A stretch of DNA of 63,735 nucleotides, filler included, from Licmophora abbreviata (lineage: Eukaryota): NCBI GenBank assembly GCA_900291995.1. It is 10 parts of 10 records of this genome, joined end to end, with 100 filler letters (N's around TTAATTAATTAA, not from the genome) between each part and the next. Parts side by side here need not be neighbours in the genome. Positions count along the whole stretch, not along the records: positions 61,472 to 63,735 come from OLMU01000342.1; 9 more parts are not named here. One strand, given 5' to 3'. The position numbers were made by a program, and so were the translations under genes. The notes under the pieces were generated by a model that ran no database searches, was not told the origin of the DNA, and saw only the letters and a list, made by a program, of their open reading frames with translations. This document shows positions 61,818 through 63,735 of this stretch, in pieces; the stretch's first letter is position 1; every line of letters starts with the position of its first letter.

Positions 61818-62894
61818 ATGATGCGCTTGAGTCTGGCTCTTGCGTTCCTTGTCACTTCCGTAATGCATGTTTTGGCGTTTGTCCCGTCTGCGCGACCCAG
61901 CTGCATAAACGCGCCATCATCGGCGGCGTCGTTGCTGCGTAGTGCGGTGGTAGAGGATGGCCGAGCGGCCATGCCACCAGTACAGATCGAAGAATCGTCC
62001 AACACAAAAGCTACGAATATGGCGTTTCTAACACGCCAGGAGAAGGAAATGCAACGATTGAGAGCAAAAGATCGAACATCAAAGGCACTCTCGCCCGAGG
62101 ATCTACAAATTGTGTATGAAGACGAGCATATTGTAGTGGTGGACAAGCCTGCGGGGGTATTGAGTGTTCCGACGAGAGAAGGGAATCCATCCTTGAGTCA
62201 AGCTGTTTTTGAGGCGATTGGATGTGAAATGGGACGAGCCGACATGATGGTGGTACACCGACTGGGGATGGACACATCTGGTCTCATGGTGCTGGCCAAG
62301 ACGAGAGAAGCATTGTGTGAAATGAATACGAACTTTCGCACTCGGCAAGTGAAACGACACTACGAAGCTCTTGTTTGTGGAAATGTCAAAAAGGACAAGG
62401 GTCTCATTGATTTGCCAATAATGAGAGACTACGAGTTTCCACCTTACATGCGCATCTCGACGGATGACCACCAACGCGTGCTGCTCAATTTTGATCCCGA
62501 TGTGGTTGGCAAAAAGGTTCTAGAAACACCCAAAGAAAGTTTGACTGCGTACGAAGTCCTCGGTAGGGAAGAACTAGAGGGTCAGCCTGTGTCGAGAGTA
62601 GAACTGACGAGCATATCTGGAAGAACACATCAGCTGAATGTCCACTGCGCCGCACTTGGACACCCGATTGTCGGTGACAAGACGTACGGGTTTGGAGGTG
62701 ACGCAGCACCGAATGGAGGTCTCACGGATGCCGAGCAGACCAGTCTAGCGCCAAACCCGCAACGCGCCAGCAACGATGTAGTGAAGAACATTGCCGTTCA
62801 GGGAAAACCGATGTGCGTTCATGCAAACTATATTGGATTTCGACATCCAATCAGTCAGGAGTATATATCATTTCGCAGCGAGTCACCGTTTTGA
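61818..62894 (+). CDS. RluA-family pseudouridine synthase homolog, probably plastid-targeted; catalytic motif altered to HRLG
   Basis: VVDKPAG, VHRLGMDTSG, GRTHQL-x-VH...GHPIVGD-x-TYG; signal peptide followed by LAF. Confidence 0.88.
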   Translation: MMRLSLALAFLVTSVMHVLAFVPSARPSCINAPSSAASLLRSAVVEDGRAAMPPVQIEESSNTKATNMAFLTRQEKEMQRLRAKDRTSKALSPEDLQIVYEDEHIVVVDKPAGVLSVPTREGNPSLSQAVFEAIGCEMGRADMMVVHRLGMDTSGLMVLAKTREALCEMNTNFRTRQVKRHYEALVCGNVKKDKGLIDLPIMRDYEFPPYMRISTDDHQRVLLNFDPDVVGKKVLETPKESLTAYEVLGREELEGQPVSRVELTSISGRTHQLNVHCAALGHPIVGDKTYGFGGDAAPNGGLTDAEQTSLAPNPQRASNDVVKNIAVQGKPMCVHANYIGFRHPISQEYISFRSESPF

Positions 62895-62975
62895 AAAAGT
62901 TGGAATAGGGACAGTTAGAAAATTCAATTACATCCGAGAAAGTAGTGAGTGGGTTCAATCTATTGTCAACTTGTT

Positions 62976-63735
62976 TTACTTGGTTATATTCAATGAACTG
63001 CGTTGGGACTCAATTAGCTCCTGTAGATTTATCTTGGATGGAACGCCAGGTCGATACAACAGAACAGTATGTCCAACCACTTGCGCAATATGAGCATCCA
63101 GTTCAGCTGCGATTCGTTCACCGAGTCGTTTGACGCCCTTCTTCTTCTTGACCGCATTTGTAAGTCTCAATAGCACGAGTTCGTGTGTCCACAAGGATGT
63201 GTCTACTGCCTCCAACCACGATGCACTCAGCTGCAAGCCGTCAATGACAGCGTCCATGTCCTCTGAAACGTCAATAGTCGGTTCTCGATTCGGCCACGCG
63301 TGTTCTACGAGCTTTCCTTGAGACTTGAGTCTTCCCGACATACTCCGGAGCGCCGACCTCATGGCACCCGTGATTTGAGAGTAATCATTTTCTCGTGGCG
63401 TGATGCGCTTGACAAAGCAATCCACCACATGAGCGCACGCGTTGGCCATGGATCCGTCCAGAATGTCCACTTGGACGCCGGCTTGTTCCAAAACCCGCAC
63501 GCCTCCGCCGTCCACGCGCGGGTTGGGGTCGCGAAAGCCCACCACGACGCGATCGACGCCCGCCAACACAAACGACGTAGCGCACGGGGGTGTCTTACCG
63601 ACATGACAACATGGCTCTAGTGTAACGTAGGCTGTGACGGACAAGTCCACAAGGGCCTTGCCAAAGAGATTCTCGGGACCATCCGTGGAAATGTAGGTTT
63701 CCGACAGTTTAGTGACTTGTTCCAGCAACTCGGGG
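62976..63735 (-). CDS. RibD/PyrD-type pyrimidine deaminase fused to a C-terminal CRM (CRS1/YhbY) domain; 5' end outside the window
   Basis: YVTLEPCCHVGKTPPC...DPNPRVDGGG...AGVQV, then ITGAMRSALRS...LWTHELVLLRL...AQVVGHTVLLYRP in one uninterrupted frame. Confidence 0.85.
   Translation of the reverse strand, partial: PELLEQVTKLSETYISTDGPENLFGKALVDLSVTAYVTLEPCCHVGKTPPCATSFVLAGVDRVVVGFRDPNPRVDGGGVRVLEQAGVQVDILDGSMANACAHVVDCFVKRITPRENDYSQITGAMRSALRSMSGRLKSQGKLVEHAWPNREPTIDVSEDMDAVIDGLQLSASWLEAVDTSLWTHELVLLRLTNAVKKKKGVKRLGERIAAELDAHIAQVVGHTVLLYRPGVPSKINLQELIESQRSSLNITK

Overview
Gene-dense eukaryotic nuclear DNA with short GT-AG introns. It is most likely a pennate diatom: the delta-5 desaturase closely resembles Phaeodactylum PtD5, and several proteins carry signal peptide + AF/AW plastid-targeting motifs. 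The window is a scaffold with nine artificial 100-nt gap spacers (44N-TTAATTAATTAA-44N), and several genes run through them. About 35 protein genes are supportable: organellar gyrA, GDP-mannose 3,5-epimerase, delta-5 desaturase, SulP, MATE, CobW/ZNG1, a dynamin-like GTPase, mTERF, LPA3, an ADP/ATP-type carrier, RluA and others, plus one decayed mitochondrial-carrier pseudogene. I saw no rRNA, tRNA, CRISPR array or transposon. The most unusual items are domain architectures: a RibD-type deaminase fused to a CRM/YhbY RNA-binding domain, next to an RluA whose catalytic Asp is replaced by Gly; a TMEM65-GAF fusion that needs an 11-nt micro-exon with a GC donor; a PDZ-SYLF-PH-VASt-like protein; a cupin-DUF952 fusion; a tandem MazG protein; and a head-to-head pair of Tweety/prominin-like paralogs. 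All family calls come from motif recognition by eye; no searches were run.
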